DNA of 64,000 bases. It comes from Tubiluchus corallicola (taxonomy: Eukaryota; Animalia; Priapulida). Location of the stretch: positions 1 through 64,000 of the forward strand of contig JAQGDQ010000666.1 in the NCBI GenBank assembly GCA_030141605.1, written 5' to 3'. This document shows positions 52,332 to 64,000 of the stretch, piece by piece. Made by a program: the position numbers and the translations under genes. Below the pieces are notes generated by a model. That model saw only the letters and a program-made list of their open reading frames with translations, was not told the DNA's origin and made no database searches. Position 1 is the stretch's first letter. Each line of letters begins with the position of its first letter.

Positions 52332-53254
52332 GCTATCAGACGAAAAGGCATCTGGGTGTTCTACGCTCTGGCACAAAAGCTTCTTATTCCGTGTCTATTA
52401 TATGATTTTTTTTCAACAAACTGTCCCTATCTTTTTTCTAACATTCGTTCCACGAGCTTTCCAAAATACGACGATATACATTCTATTGTCCGATTCCAAA
52501 CCCACTCACCCATTTCCATGCATAGGTTACTCAAATTAAGTATTACTTGTAACAATACCATAGATATGGTTTGTGTAGATCAAAGATCTCGGTGATTGCT
52601 TAGCAGTGTTCTGCATTCTAGACTGTCTTGCTGTTCTGATCTTCTTTGTTTAAGTTCCTAATTAGTTTAACAAATACTACTTTATTATGCACGCATTTGT
52701 CTGGTTGCTAATATTATTGTAGCGTGTAACATTACTGATTTGGCCCAAAAGCGTAAAATGTTTTAACATTTATGGATGAAATGTTGTGAATCAAATTTAG
52801 AATAAGGAATTAATTAGAAAATTAATCGGAATAATTAAATGATAAGAGTTCGGAACTAGATTACTCATCATTGGTTGCATAACAAAGACTGTACGATTTG
52901 ATTATAAGTGACTCACTCAGTTGTACCTTGAATTTAATGAGTTAAGGTATCAGAGGTTGGTACATGGGAAAAGTAGAAGATCAAACAAACGCCGACTAGT
53001 AAAATGAATTCCAATGTCATTAACGCATATAAACTGCGCTACACGCTGGCAAGAGAAATCAACTGGCAGATGGTCATTTAGAACGGCTCATTGTTTAGAG
53101 TCGGAGTGTGACATCTACTGATAATTAACCTAGTTTCCAGGCGACGTTTCAAGGCCTAAAACAATAGAATTGCTGTCTTCGGTAACCCGAAGTACCGGGA
53201 GAATCAAGGATGCCATCTGTGGATGGTCAGCCACGTGTCTCTGCAGCGTATCAC

Positions 53255-53700
<446 letters not shown>

Positions 53701-54099
53701 CGTGTCACTCATTGCAACTTGTAACTCATTTCCCGATCGTGATTATTCTTTAGAATTAACCGTTTAGTTGTAAGCGTCTACAAGTGCATAAATTAAAGCT
53801 TTGTTAAAGTGCCGCATAACTCTGGATTAAATTGCGAACTTTGTTACAATCAAACTTTCATCACTTTAACTTAAAGTCGAATTGCTTTGATATTCAAGGA
53901 GTTACAAAAGAACATACTCGTTAAAGACACTATTTGCTTAAAAGAACCTGGTATATTCACACTGAAAGGCTCATTGCGGAAGCCAGCTTGATAACTCGAG
54001 AGACAAAGAGTTATACTCACAACGCAATATCTCGTGGTTTCAGTTGTGTGGGACATTATCAAAGCCCTATCAACTTGACCTAAGCTCTCGGAGTCGGGC

Positions 54100-56250
54100 A
54101 ATTAATCTGATACGAAATTAATTTTCTTTAACCATTCAAGAGTGTGAATGAATCATTCGATTAATTAAATAAATAATCAATAAGTTGTTTGTGAGAAAGA
54201 CAAGCGACAGAAATCTATCTATATCTAAACTTCTTCCACTGCTCGGTGTTCGTTTTATTCCTTTCGCTACTTCCGACATAGTAATGTTTGCATTTAGACA
54301 TACTGGATCCACCCCTTTAAAGTGCTGAGCTAATTTCTGTACGTTATTTTCCCTATATGCTTTACAGTTGTTATCGAAATCGTACGTTTTAAGGCGATTC
54401 TCGTCAAATTTTTTTTATAGAAATGTCACCTTTGTCTTTATTATGATCGTAATACTTTCCATCATAAAATAATACATCTACTGGTAAATTTACTTCCTTG
54501 TAGAACAGTTTGTTATAGTTTCTTCAAAATTCACTGCCTTTACTTACATTCAACTCCTTCGTACTTTTAAATAACAAAAAATCGGCTGCACATCTCAAAG
54601 CTTTTTCGAATTTGACTTTATTGTCCAGGTACATTTTGTTTATTTACCAAGTCAGAATACAAAAATTATCTTTTTTTATTGCGTCTCATTGTTTCGGACA
54701 GGTTTGTTAATTCCCTGGACCAAAATTGTGTAGAGTGTCGGGTTATTTGCTTTTAAACTAAACTTACTAGAGTTTCTTCGTTTGACTGCATTTGTAGCTC
54801 CTGAAAGTTTTCCCATATTTCCCGCGGTTTTTTATCTTCTAGATGCTGTACCACTTCCGTTACAACGGAATTAAAAGATCTGCTGATTGTTGGAAGTGAA
54901 AGCTTTAACATTTGAACACTTATCCCATCTAGGCCTACAGCTCTCTGAATTTTCGTAATGATTTCAGCTACATTTTGTACTGTTGCTACAGGTATCACAA
55001 AACCAAATCTGGTGTCTGAATATCGTGTTTGTATGACCTAACGGAAGTGGTGCTTACAAGCCACTGGCGTAGCAGTGTCTAGTTTTTTCGCTGGATTATT
55101 GCTGCGTTTACCTGTCTGAAGGCAGATTTCTTTTATTTTAGAATTCTGCCTACCTAATGTCTGCAATAGACATGACGGGCGTATGATGATGAAGACAGAT
55201 ACTGCACAATTTGAGAAAAAGCGGCTTGCAGTTTCGTTTCAAGAGAATGAGGCCACTGCCTCCAATCACTGTTTTTAAACTCGTAAACTATACGCACTTG
55301 AAGGGTACGATGTTGTTTTACGAGAAATGTGCTAATTATGGGATAATGACCCATTATTCGTGCACCTATGAATAGTTCAATTCCAGCGTCAACTATTTGA
55401 GATGTAATTAGGTCAGTTATATTCCGAGTGGCTAAAATTATATCAATTATGCTTTTTTGTGTAAGGTTACTTAATCAGGAACGATTACAAATATATCATT
55501 GTCACTTTCACATTTATCGTTAATTAATCGACCATTGGTCATTGTTTTGAAAATCCCATTTAAGATGCCTGGCGTTAAAATCACCAAAAGCTGATGATGT
55601 TCGTCCTTCGAATCGAAGATGACCATAGTAGTGACAGGGATAAAGGGTCAGTTTGGGGGGTTGTCATTCCTTTGATGAGCTCGAAGGTGACTGATTAGGC
55701 CAATTCCGGCTTGGAAACTTTTCTGGCATTTGGCACAGGCTGGGTGTTTGGACCTGTTGTTGGGCAGTATCACATGCCTTGCGTCTCCTGCGCTTTTCCT
55801 CTGCCTCCTCAATTCTTTTCGCCTCTGCTGTCTTAGCCCCTGTGGTGATGGCACTCCGCCTTGCTGAGCGATCTTGTGCAAGGGTCTCCATTGAGCGGAT
55901 ATCCATGCTGAGCTCCTTGAGTGAAGCCTTCAGGCTGTCTTTGAAGCGTTTCTTTGGTCGTCCAACCTTTCTCTTTCCAGACATAAAGCATCTTTTTGGT
56001 GTAACACCATTATTTCTGCTAAAAGCTATAACACCATTAATTCCATGTTGTATTGTAAAACGTTGAGCGATACTGAAATTTTCCAAAAACCGGGACACTG
56101 ATTTGGCCTCACATACACTCAGCAAAATAATTTGATCCTGTTTTTTGAACCTGCGTGGACAAGAACCCAAATTACGTCGGTATTAAGGTCTTCCAGCTCA
56201 TCAAGTCTACAGGTAATTAGTCCATTCCTAACGAAGAGGGGGCACCCACC
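54100..56250 (-). mobile_element. Degenerate CR1/L2-group LINE (APE endonuclease to RT start), interrupted by an RTE fragment
   Basis: Minus-strand motifs FGDFNARHLKW (~55585), GHYPIISTF and RAVGLDGISVQMLKLS. Confidence 0.65.
55592..55985 (-). mobile_element. 5'-truncated RTE (BovB-like) LINE 3' end
   Basis: GKRKVGRPKKRFKDSLK...AQDRSARRSAI, C2H2 CAKC...LISHLRAH, and 3' gtcatcttcgattcgaaggacgaa(cat)n tail. Confidence 0.85.
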
Positions 56251-56759
56251 AAAGTGCCCTGTAGAAAGTTTCACATGCACCTGATTAAAACACTCACATT
56301 ATTCACATTAATTGCTATGAAGATGATGATCATGATGATGATGACGATGATGATGTGATGATGATGATGATGATATAAATAATTATTTTCACTTTATTGC
56401 TTAATTGTCATGCACAAATGGAAATACAAAGAAAAACGCTTTTCTAAAAGAGAGTGATAAGCAGCGAACCAAATTCAATGTGATGGGGATATTCTAGACT
56501 AATATAGGTACAATATTGTACATTACTGAATAATAAAATAAAATCATAATTAATGATACGTATCGTTATCGTTAACATTCCCAATCCTTGTGCATTAAAA
56601 GTTTTACTTAGTCATTTATTTATTTATTTATGTGTTTGTTTGTTTGTTTATTTATTTATTTATATATATAAAATAACTTTATATATTTCGATGTTAGAAA
56701 GTCTGCGTGTCCTGTATAGATATCAGTATCACCGGCATATTGAATTATGTAAAACTAAA

Positions 56760-56900
56760 TGAATTTTATTAATGTATAAACAAAAGAGTAAAGGACCTAA
56801 TATCGTACCTTGCGGGATTCCTCTCTGTGGGGTGTCCCATGTTGAAAAAGTGTTTTTGTTCAGCTTGACTCTTTGTTTTCTATTGTGTAGGTAATTTTCT
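56760..56900 (-). mobile_element. CR1/L2 reverse transcriptase fragment
   Basis: YLHNRKQRVKLN...RGIPQGTILGPLLFCLYIN. Confidence 0.8.
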
Positions 56901-57415
56901 ATTGTGTAGGTACAATAAATAAATTTTTTGTACTTGGTATTGAAACTCATAGATCACATTTGTTCTTACATTCAAGATTATTCTGACTAGCTGGAACTTT
57001 GCCAAAAATTATGCACTTTCATTAAGTACAGTACAAGTTTAATGTGCAACCAAGCATTCTTCAAAAAAGATAACACACTAAAAACTGTAGATGAAAATTA
57101 TAACATTCTTTTAAAAAAGCTAAAAGACGTAAAATTGTACATAAAAAAATTATAAAGTTCTTTAAAAAAAAGAGAACAGGCGCAAAATCATGCGTAAAAA
57201 ATTATGATATTCTATTCAAAAAGGCAACAGTCGGAACATTGTGCATAATAAATTATAATATTATATAGAAGAAGTAACAGACGGTAAATTTAAAATAAAA
57301 AAAATTATAAGGATCCTTTAAAATAAGGTTACAGACAGAAAATTGCGCGTGAAATTATTATAACATTCAAAGGTAGCAATTATTGAAGTCGATAGCAAAT
57401 AATAGATTCTTAGAG

Positions 57416-59329
57416 TCAGGTTCCCATTTTATGACGCCTCTGCAAGACAATCGTGTAGGTTAGGATGCATAAGATGCCAAACAAAACTATTGCAAATGCC
57501 GTGAGTATAAGAACCTCGTTCATGCTGTTACTAGTCATTGAATCATCATGCAGTGCCTCTATCCATCCTTCAATTCTTTCTACTATTGTGGCCAATACTT
57601 CAACTGCACTGCACAAGTCCTTTTCATTGATTTGCACATTTCCATCTATGCAGGCAAGAACAACAAAACTGTACTTTCCCAAGTGCAAATTTTTTAACAT
57701 ATCCGTGCCCGTAATGACGCCGATTCCCTGCCGTTGAGATTTAATCACAAAGAAGTCACGCATAGTAAGTATTCGAAACTTAACAACATCTGCAGGTGTT
57801 GCCATGACTGCAACCTCCTCTTCGTCCTCGGAGACATTTTGCGCAAATGTGAAATCATAAAAGTCTTGTGAGAACTTTGGATTCTCGTTAATTTCTTTCA
57901 AAACGGTCACCTCAATATCAGCCTCCCTCACCCCATCCGCATTTGAAGCCACTGCAGCAAATTTTTGAATTCCTGGAGTCAGTCTTTTGGTGGTTTTTAT
58001 TATACCATAGCCGTCCACTGTAAACTCACTTACTGATTCGCCAGTCTTCGTCTTCAGACTATAAGAAAACTCCGGGATGTTTGTCCGGGATACATCTTCG
58101 GCTTGGACGACCAATACGCTCCGTCCTACCGGAAGACTTTCCACAACTGTAGCTTTGTACAATATTTGAGTAAATCCAGGGGGTGGTCCTTGAATTTGCA
58201 CTTCAATATGTATGCCTGTCATTGCAGTGTAGTACTCGGGTTCGCCATCCTTCACGTAAGCGGCTCTGACCGGCAGGAAATACTCACGTTCTGTTATCTT
58301 TCCTATTATTTTTATATCCCCTACACTTTCCTCTGGCGTTTCTTTATTGTCTGCATTGACAAATTTAAAAGGTTTACTACTAACTTCCAGGCTGTATCTT
58401 ATGTGTTCATCACTTTTTCCCGATTCGCCGTCGACGGCAGAAATTCTGTTTGGCTTGACATTTATTATCGTCCCTACTGGGTCATTGTCTTTTATAGTGG
58501 CGTAATACATTTCTGCATCAAATACAGGATTGAAATGGACATCTGCTACATCGAAAGTGAATACATGTGTGCCTTCATTTGGAATAACGCCTGCATCACG
58601 CATCGTAACTGTGACATTATACTGCGACTGCTGCTCATAATCTACTTCCTTGCGCAAGAAAATGTCACAATTCTTGGTACCATTTCTTGCTTTTGCTTCA
58701 AACTTGGAATTACTGTCCTTGATGAAACACGTTGAATAAATATTGTAGGGAGCAGTCAGATCGTCATCTAGCACTCTAAAACTTGCTAACATTGTTCCAA
58801 TCTCAGCTTTTTCCGAAACGTAACAGCTATCAGGCGTTTCTGGTGCTGCTCTTGGTGGGTGTTCGTTCATTGATTTTATAGTAACATTCATATTAATATC
58901 AAATTTTTCCTGTGGACGGGAGACTGATTTGCATTTTATTTTTATTACCCAGTTTAAGATGGGTGGGTCACCTTGAGTGCTGAGATAGTCTGGTATAGAC
59001 CTTTTAGTTCGTAAACTGAATGCGTATTTGTTATTTGCTGAGTTTCCCAAAGTGAACAGATGGCCTTGGTCTGACTTTAATCTGAATGTTACATGTTCGT
59101 AAGTGAGACCAGGTTGTTTACCAAAGAACAGAGTAAAGCTTCTGTTAGGCACACGATTGTCCCTAACTTTCCAATAATACTGCGATTTCATTACCTGATC
59201 ACACCGACTTAAATCTATTGTTGAAGTCAAGACTACAAAACTAAGAAAAATTATCGTGGTAAGTACAATATTGTGCAAAGTGCTAGCCACAGCTTTGCCA
59301 GTGAAAATATGGCAAACATGATCAGACAT
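57416..59329 (-). CDS. Intronless cadherin-related single-pass membrane protein (about 5 cadherin repeats, 8-aa tail), 637 aa
   Basis: N-terminal hydrophobic signal; EC motifs VSE..IGT, LDDD, VDYE, AVDGE, VVESLPVG, AED, EINENPKF; C-terminal TM VLILTAFAIVLFGILCILTYTIVL then QRRHKMGT*. Confidence 0.9.
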   Translation of the reverse strand: MSDHVCHIFTGKAVASTLHNIVLTTIIFLSFVVLTSTIDLSRCDQVMKSQYYWKVRDNRVPNRSFTLFFGKQPGLTYEHVTFRLKSDQGHLFTLGNSANNKYAFSLRTKRSIPDYLSTQGDPPILNWVIKIKCKSVSRPQEKFDINMNVTIKSMNEHPPRAAPETPDSCYVSEKAEIGTMLASFRVLDDDLTAPYNIYSTCFIKDSNSKFEAKARNGTKNCDIFLRKEVDYEQQSQYNVTVTMRDAGVIPNEGTHVFTFDVADVHFNPVFDAEMYYATIKDNDPVGTIINVKPNRISAVDGESGKSDEHIRYSLEVSSKPFKFVNADNKETPEESVGDIKIIGKITEREYFLPVRAAYVKDGEPEYYTAMTGIHIEVQIQGPPPGFTQILYKATVVESLPVGRSVLVVQAEDVSRTNIPEFSYSLKTKTGESVSEFTVDGYGIIKTTKRLTPGIQKFAAVASNADGVREADIEVTVLKEINENPKFSQDFYDFTFAQNVSEDEEEVAVMATPADVVKFRILTMRDFFVIKSQRQGIGVITGTDMLKNLHLGKYSFVVLACIDGNVQINEKDLCSAVEVLATIVERIEGWIEALHDDSMTSNSMNEVLILTAFAIVLFGILCILTYTIVLQRRHKMGT

Positions 59330-61142
59330 GACCGTGTCAAATCATCAGTTCACTGTCTGCTACGAATTCGACAACTGCTCAAATTATAAAATCTGCACCT
59401 TCTTGCGATATCCTCCTTTTCCTCTTTTCAAATTGTCCTCCAAATTTGTGCTTTCTTTAAGCTAGCGAGGCACACGTTCCATTCCTGCCCAAGCGCCTCG
59501 CATTCTAAAGATTTTACAATTTTGATTTCCAATTCAATCATACAAATAGAATGATCAGGACACAGATAATTGGCAACAATGGAACAATGTCTGCCTTTCG
59601 ACCCATTGTCTTTTCTTCAATGGCAGGAAGTTATAATTAATCACGACAACTTGCCCCTAAGAATGTATGATTGCATTTGAAAAAGAAATTCTGAACTTCT
59701 AATAAGATTTTTTTTAATAAAAATATATTTAAATAGAAATATTAATTTCATTATATTGTTATTCACATATTGAGCACATTATTTCTCAGGCCATTAGAAG
59801 CAATTGGAATGATAAAATGCTGCATTTCATTACATAGTGCATAAGTTATTATACTTCCATAACCACATTATGTTATTTTAAAAGAATAGTTTAGAAAGAA
59901 CTCGGTAGAGATGTATTAGTCGGGCTTTGATATTCAACCTGGACTATGTTTTGGATATAAGCACGTGGTGCCTCCTGGTGTTTGTTTTCCCAAGTTTAGA
60001 CAGGTGAGCTAGGACCGGAAATAGGCCATTGGCCTCATTTCACAGTTAAGATATGAAAGTAGTGAGTCACCGGTATGCGGCAAAGATGTAAGTTTCATTT
60101 CTTCACAGTTTGTCATGTCATATTATTGTTAATTATCATTATACCAGTTACTTAATGTTTTGACGTTGGTTTAGCAGAAAGAATTTTTAATTTTTCTTCA
60201 GATAAAACGAAGTCGAACGCATGTCGCGTACAGTTTTATATCTTAGTCCGTGTGCCTAGACGAGACGGCCATATTGCTTTCGAGAACAGAACACCTGAAC
60301 AAGGCTAGTACAGCATGGCTTCCGGGCAAGGCAAGATTTGTTCAGACAAAATGAAGAACAGCTTCAGCAAAAAACCGTACAACTGTGTATCTTCTCCTGA
60401 ACAATGCAGTGGCACAATAGACCTTATTAACAGCCACAAAGTCATCAGCTGTAATTCGCTTCTATGCTGTGATCAGTCTTCGTGCCTCTGGGTGATAAAC
60501 TAAGTTATAGTTGTGCCGATGTTGTTGGATTTTTTAAAATCACTTTGATTTACGATAACATCATTCTCCTATCTAGCAAACAGTGGCTCCATTTGGCGGT
60601 GAAATTATGACAAGAAACGCAAAAGTTATCTTCAGTTATATGGCCCGATTTTGCTAATACGATCAATGTTGACAAATATTTGTTTTTGGCACGGCAAATT
60701 GTTTGTAACCTAACAAATAAGTATTTTGTAAACAGTTACAGAATTTTGTTTTTATAAAATTCGTTTGTTATCTTTATTATCAATGTTAGTGTGTTGAATG
60801 TGTGTATGAAGTTGGGTTTTATGCGAACACTAATACGTTAATACATTTATCTTTTGTTTCCTGGGAGGTAGTCAAACACGTTTAAACCGTATCTATGATT
60901 CTATCAAAAATTACCATTAAGGGAGTAGAGTAAGACGCCATTAAATTCTTAAGCAGGCAGCAATTTTGATAGGAAAATTATGTGAGAAGTTATTCGGCGT
61001 CTCGTTGCAAAATGAAATTGGAGTAGGTGGAGCAGTGAGGAAGATGCAGCCCAGTTGGTCTGCCATTGAAATAACCTTTGCTCACTTAATACAGTCATTA
61101 TTATTCCTGCAAGCGCCCAGTGAAATGCACGTGTTTTACAGC

Positions 61143-61562
61143 TTAACCCTTTCATACCCGTTGTATCCCGTGGGATACGAGAATATTTTCTGCCTTTAAA
61201 ATTAATAAAATTTTGATTTAAGCCAATAACAATAGACTAAAATGGTGATAAAATGGCAAACTAGAAAATCTACATAGCATAAAAAAACTGCGCAAGGTAC
61301 AGTACTTTAGAGACGACTTTGTACAGATCAGCATAGCATGCATACTAAATGTCTTACATACTTTAAAAAATTATCAGCAGTTGCAAAATGAAGCTTCCAT
61401 TGAATCCCAATGTATCCCGTGGGATACAGGCTATATTTAGCACGCGGGCACAGGTAGAAAAAAATAATTATTATATGTAAACAAGATGGACATACTGAAC
61501 AAAAGTACCAAGCCAAAATTTTTTTTCTTATTAAAAAAATAATTTGGGACTGAAAGGGTTAA
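61143..61562 (-). mobile_element. piggyBac-like MITE family A copy 5 (reverse orientation, small internal deletions)
   Basis: TTAA-CCCTTTCA...TGAAAGGG-TTAA. Confidence 0.9.
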
Positions 61563-62257
61563 AGCAAACATCATTTAAACTCCCAGCCTGGCAACCTCAT
61601 TTTACACCACGTTTGACTTTTGGCTCACACTGTTTTATTTATTTTTGGCAGTGTATATAGGTGAATGTTTTTACACCACGTCTTGTTTTGTAATAATCAG
61701 GTGTTATCGATGTATATGTTAACAGTTAATGAAAGTCCACTTCTTCGCCAAAGCCTGCCGACACCTGGAGGAAAGATCCACATGGATTATTCACATTCCA
61801 ATTGTTTCCTTCCTTAAGAACCCAACAATGGAAAATCTTCATGGATCCGCGTATGCAAAAGTCAACCATACGATCATATTTGCTCAACTTTTACACAGCA
61901 AACACTTGAAATAACTCATTAAAGAGCCCTTGTGCAAACTGCACACCACACCTATAACACACGTCGCTTTCCATTATTATTATTATTGCAAAATTTTCCA
62001 AGGGTATCCACCACGCAAGACTGAAAACGTATGTTATTTGCAAAATGATTACTCTATATTACAAGTTGCGTGAATAAACGCGTTACGTGGTGTGATTTAT
62101 CAGGTAGACGCATAGCACGGAAGTATCTGCACCGATTGCACTTGAAAATGACAATAATGATAGCGATTGTTGTAATGGTATGGTAAAGCGGTAGAACCGC
62201 AAACCTGTGTCAAGAGAACTTGTTTTTGAAACGATTCAGGATATGTAAAATCCTATG

Positions 62258-63539
62258 CCGGAACAACCAGATTGAACTAACATGTCTGTGAAGTTGGCAA
62301 TATTAACATGATCATCGTGTCATCTCTGATAGCATTTTTACTGTACGGTACATATGCTCTGATAACGATCTATGCTGGAACAACTAGATTGAACTAACAT
62401 GTCTGTGAAGTTCGCAATATTAACATGATCATCGTGTCATCTCTGGTAGCATTTTTACTGTACTGTACATATGCTCTGATAACGATCTATGCTGGAACTA
62501 CTAGATTGAACTAACATGTCTGTGAAGTTCGCAATATTAACATGATCATCGTGTCATCTCTGGTAGCATTTTTACTGTACTGTACATATGCTCTGATAAC
62601 GATCTATGCTGGAACTACTAGATTGAACTAACATGTCTGTGAAGTTCGCAATATTAACATGATCATCGTGTCATCTCTGGTAGCATTTTTACTGTACTGT
62701 ACATATGCTCTGATAACGATCTATGCTGGAACTACTAGATTGAACTAACATGTCTGTGAAGTTCGCAATATTAACATGATCATCGTGTCATCTCTGGTAG
62801 CATTTTTACTGTACTGTACATATGCTCTGATAACGATCTATGCTGGAACTACTAGATTGAACTAACATGTCTGTGAAGTTCGCAATATTAACATGATCAT
62901 CGTGTCATCTCTGGTAGCATTTTTACTGTACTGTACATATGCTCTGATAACGATCTATGCTGGAACTACTAGATTGAACTAACATGTCTGTGAAGTTCGC
63001 AATATTAACATGATCATCGTGTCATCTCTGGTAGCATTTTTACTGTACTGTACATATGCTCTGATAACGATCTATGCTGGAACAACTAGATTGAACTAAC
63101 ATGTCTGTGAAGTTCGCAATATTAACATGATCATCGTGTCATCTCTGGTAGCATTTTTACTGTACTGTACATATGTTCTGATAACGACCTATTCTGGAAC
63201 AACTAGATTGAACTAACATGTCTGTGAAGTTCGCAATATTAACATGATGATCGTGTCATCTCTGCTAGCATTTTTACTGTACTGTACATATGCTCTGATA
63301 ACGACCTATTCTGGAACAACTAGATTGAACTAACATGTCTGTGAAGTTCGCAATATTAACATGATGATCGTGTCATCTCTGCTAGCATTTTTACTGTACT
63401 GTACATATGCTCTGATAACGATCTATGCTGGAACAACTACATTGAACTAACATGTCTGTGAAGTTGGCAATATTAACATGATGATTGTGTCATCTCTGCT
63501 AGCATTTTTACTGTACTGTACATATGCTCTGATAACGAT
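62258..63539. repeat. 117-bp minisatellite, about 11 copies
   Basis: attgaactaacatgtctgtgaag at 62271, 62388, 62505 and onward. Confidence 0.96.
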
Positions 63540-63555
63540 TTATATTTGCTTAAAG

Positions 63556-64000
63556 GTGATTAGCAAAGTTACACAACAGAATAAAAAAAGGTGGGTGTCA
63601 AGGGACATGACCGGAAGAGTTATCCTGATAACCGGTGCCAGTTCCGGCATAGGCTATGCAGCTGCACAAGAGCTGGCCAGAAAGAGGGCAAAGCTCATAA
63701 TGGTTTGTTGGAACAAGGAACCAAACTTGACAGAATTGGTGGAGGAAGTGAGAAAAGCATCCGGTAACGAGGAGGTTTATCTGCAAAAAGTTGACCTGAG
63801 CAAGCCCAAGTCTGTCCGGAAGCTGGCCAAAATCATCCTGGAAGGAGAAAACAGGTTAGATGTTTTGATAAATAATGCCGGCGGTGTGTCCGTCAATGGT
63901 TCCAGCAAAGTGCATTGTGGGATCGGCTATTGTTACGCCACAAACTTCTTTGGACATTTTCTCTTGACAAATTTGCTGCTTCCATTGCTGATGCAGACGC
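63556..64000 (+). CDS. Short-chain dehydrogenase/reductase, retinol dehydrogenase 11-14-like; runs off the window end
   Basis: Open frame from taaag| at 63556 (in-frame ATG at 63607): MTGRVILITGASSGIGYAAAQELARKRAKLIMVC...VDLS...RLDVLINNAG...ATNFFGHFLLTNLLLPLL. Confidence 0.92.
   Translation, partial: MISKVTQQNKKRWVSRDMTGRVILITGASSGIGYAAAQELARKRAKLIMVCWNKEPNLTELVEEVRKASGNEEVYLQKVDLSKPKSVRKLAKIILEGENRLDVLINNAGGVSVNGSSKVHCGIGYCYATNFFGHFLLTNLLLPLLMQT

Noticed and set aside
60315-61914. Short ORFs (60315-60503, 60966-61199, 61729-61914) as first exons of the SDR gene
   Set aside because: No recognisable homology or convincing phase-0 donor; cannot be assigned without transcripts.

Overview
AT-rich, repeat-dense window from an invertebrate animal genome with spliced genes. 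Genes in order: (1) three adhesion-GPCR-like (7TM family 2) exons, apparently inside an intron of Bicaudal-C, with the middle exon inverted between perfect 97-bp inverted repeats; (2) the last 10 coding exons of Bicaudal-C (BICC1, + strand, end of KH region to SAM domain, stop at 18266) with a long predicted 3'UTR; (3) a complete 10-exon ATAD1/Msp1 AAA-ATPase gene (- strand, 362 aa), convergent with BICC1; (4) two tandem copies of a minisatellite-like C2H2 zinc-finger exon, partly pseudogenised; (5) an intronless 637-aa cadherin-repeat membrane protein with an 8-aa cytoplasmic tail; (6) the start of an RDH11-14-like SDR exon at the right edge. Introns and spacers hold non-autonomous DNA transposons (piggyBac-, hAT-, pogo/Tigger- and Kolobok-like), LINE fragments, micro- and minisatellites, a ~507-bp bipartite RTE-derived retroelement headed by a twister-ribozyme motif, and a Penelope-like palindrome with a degenerate hammerhead core. 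All calls come from manual reading and recalled motifs; no database search was run.
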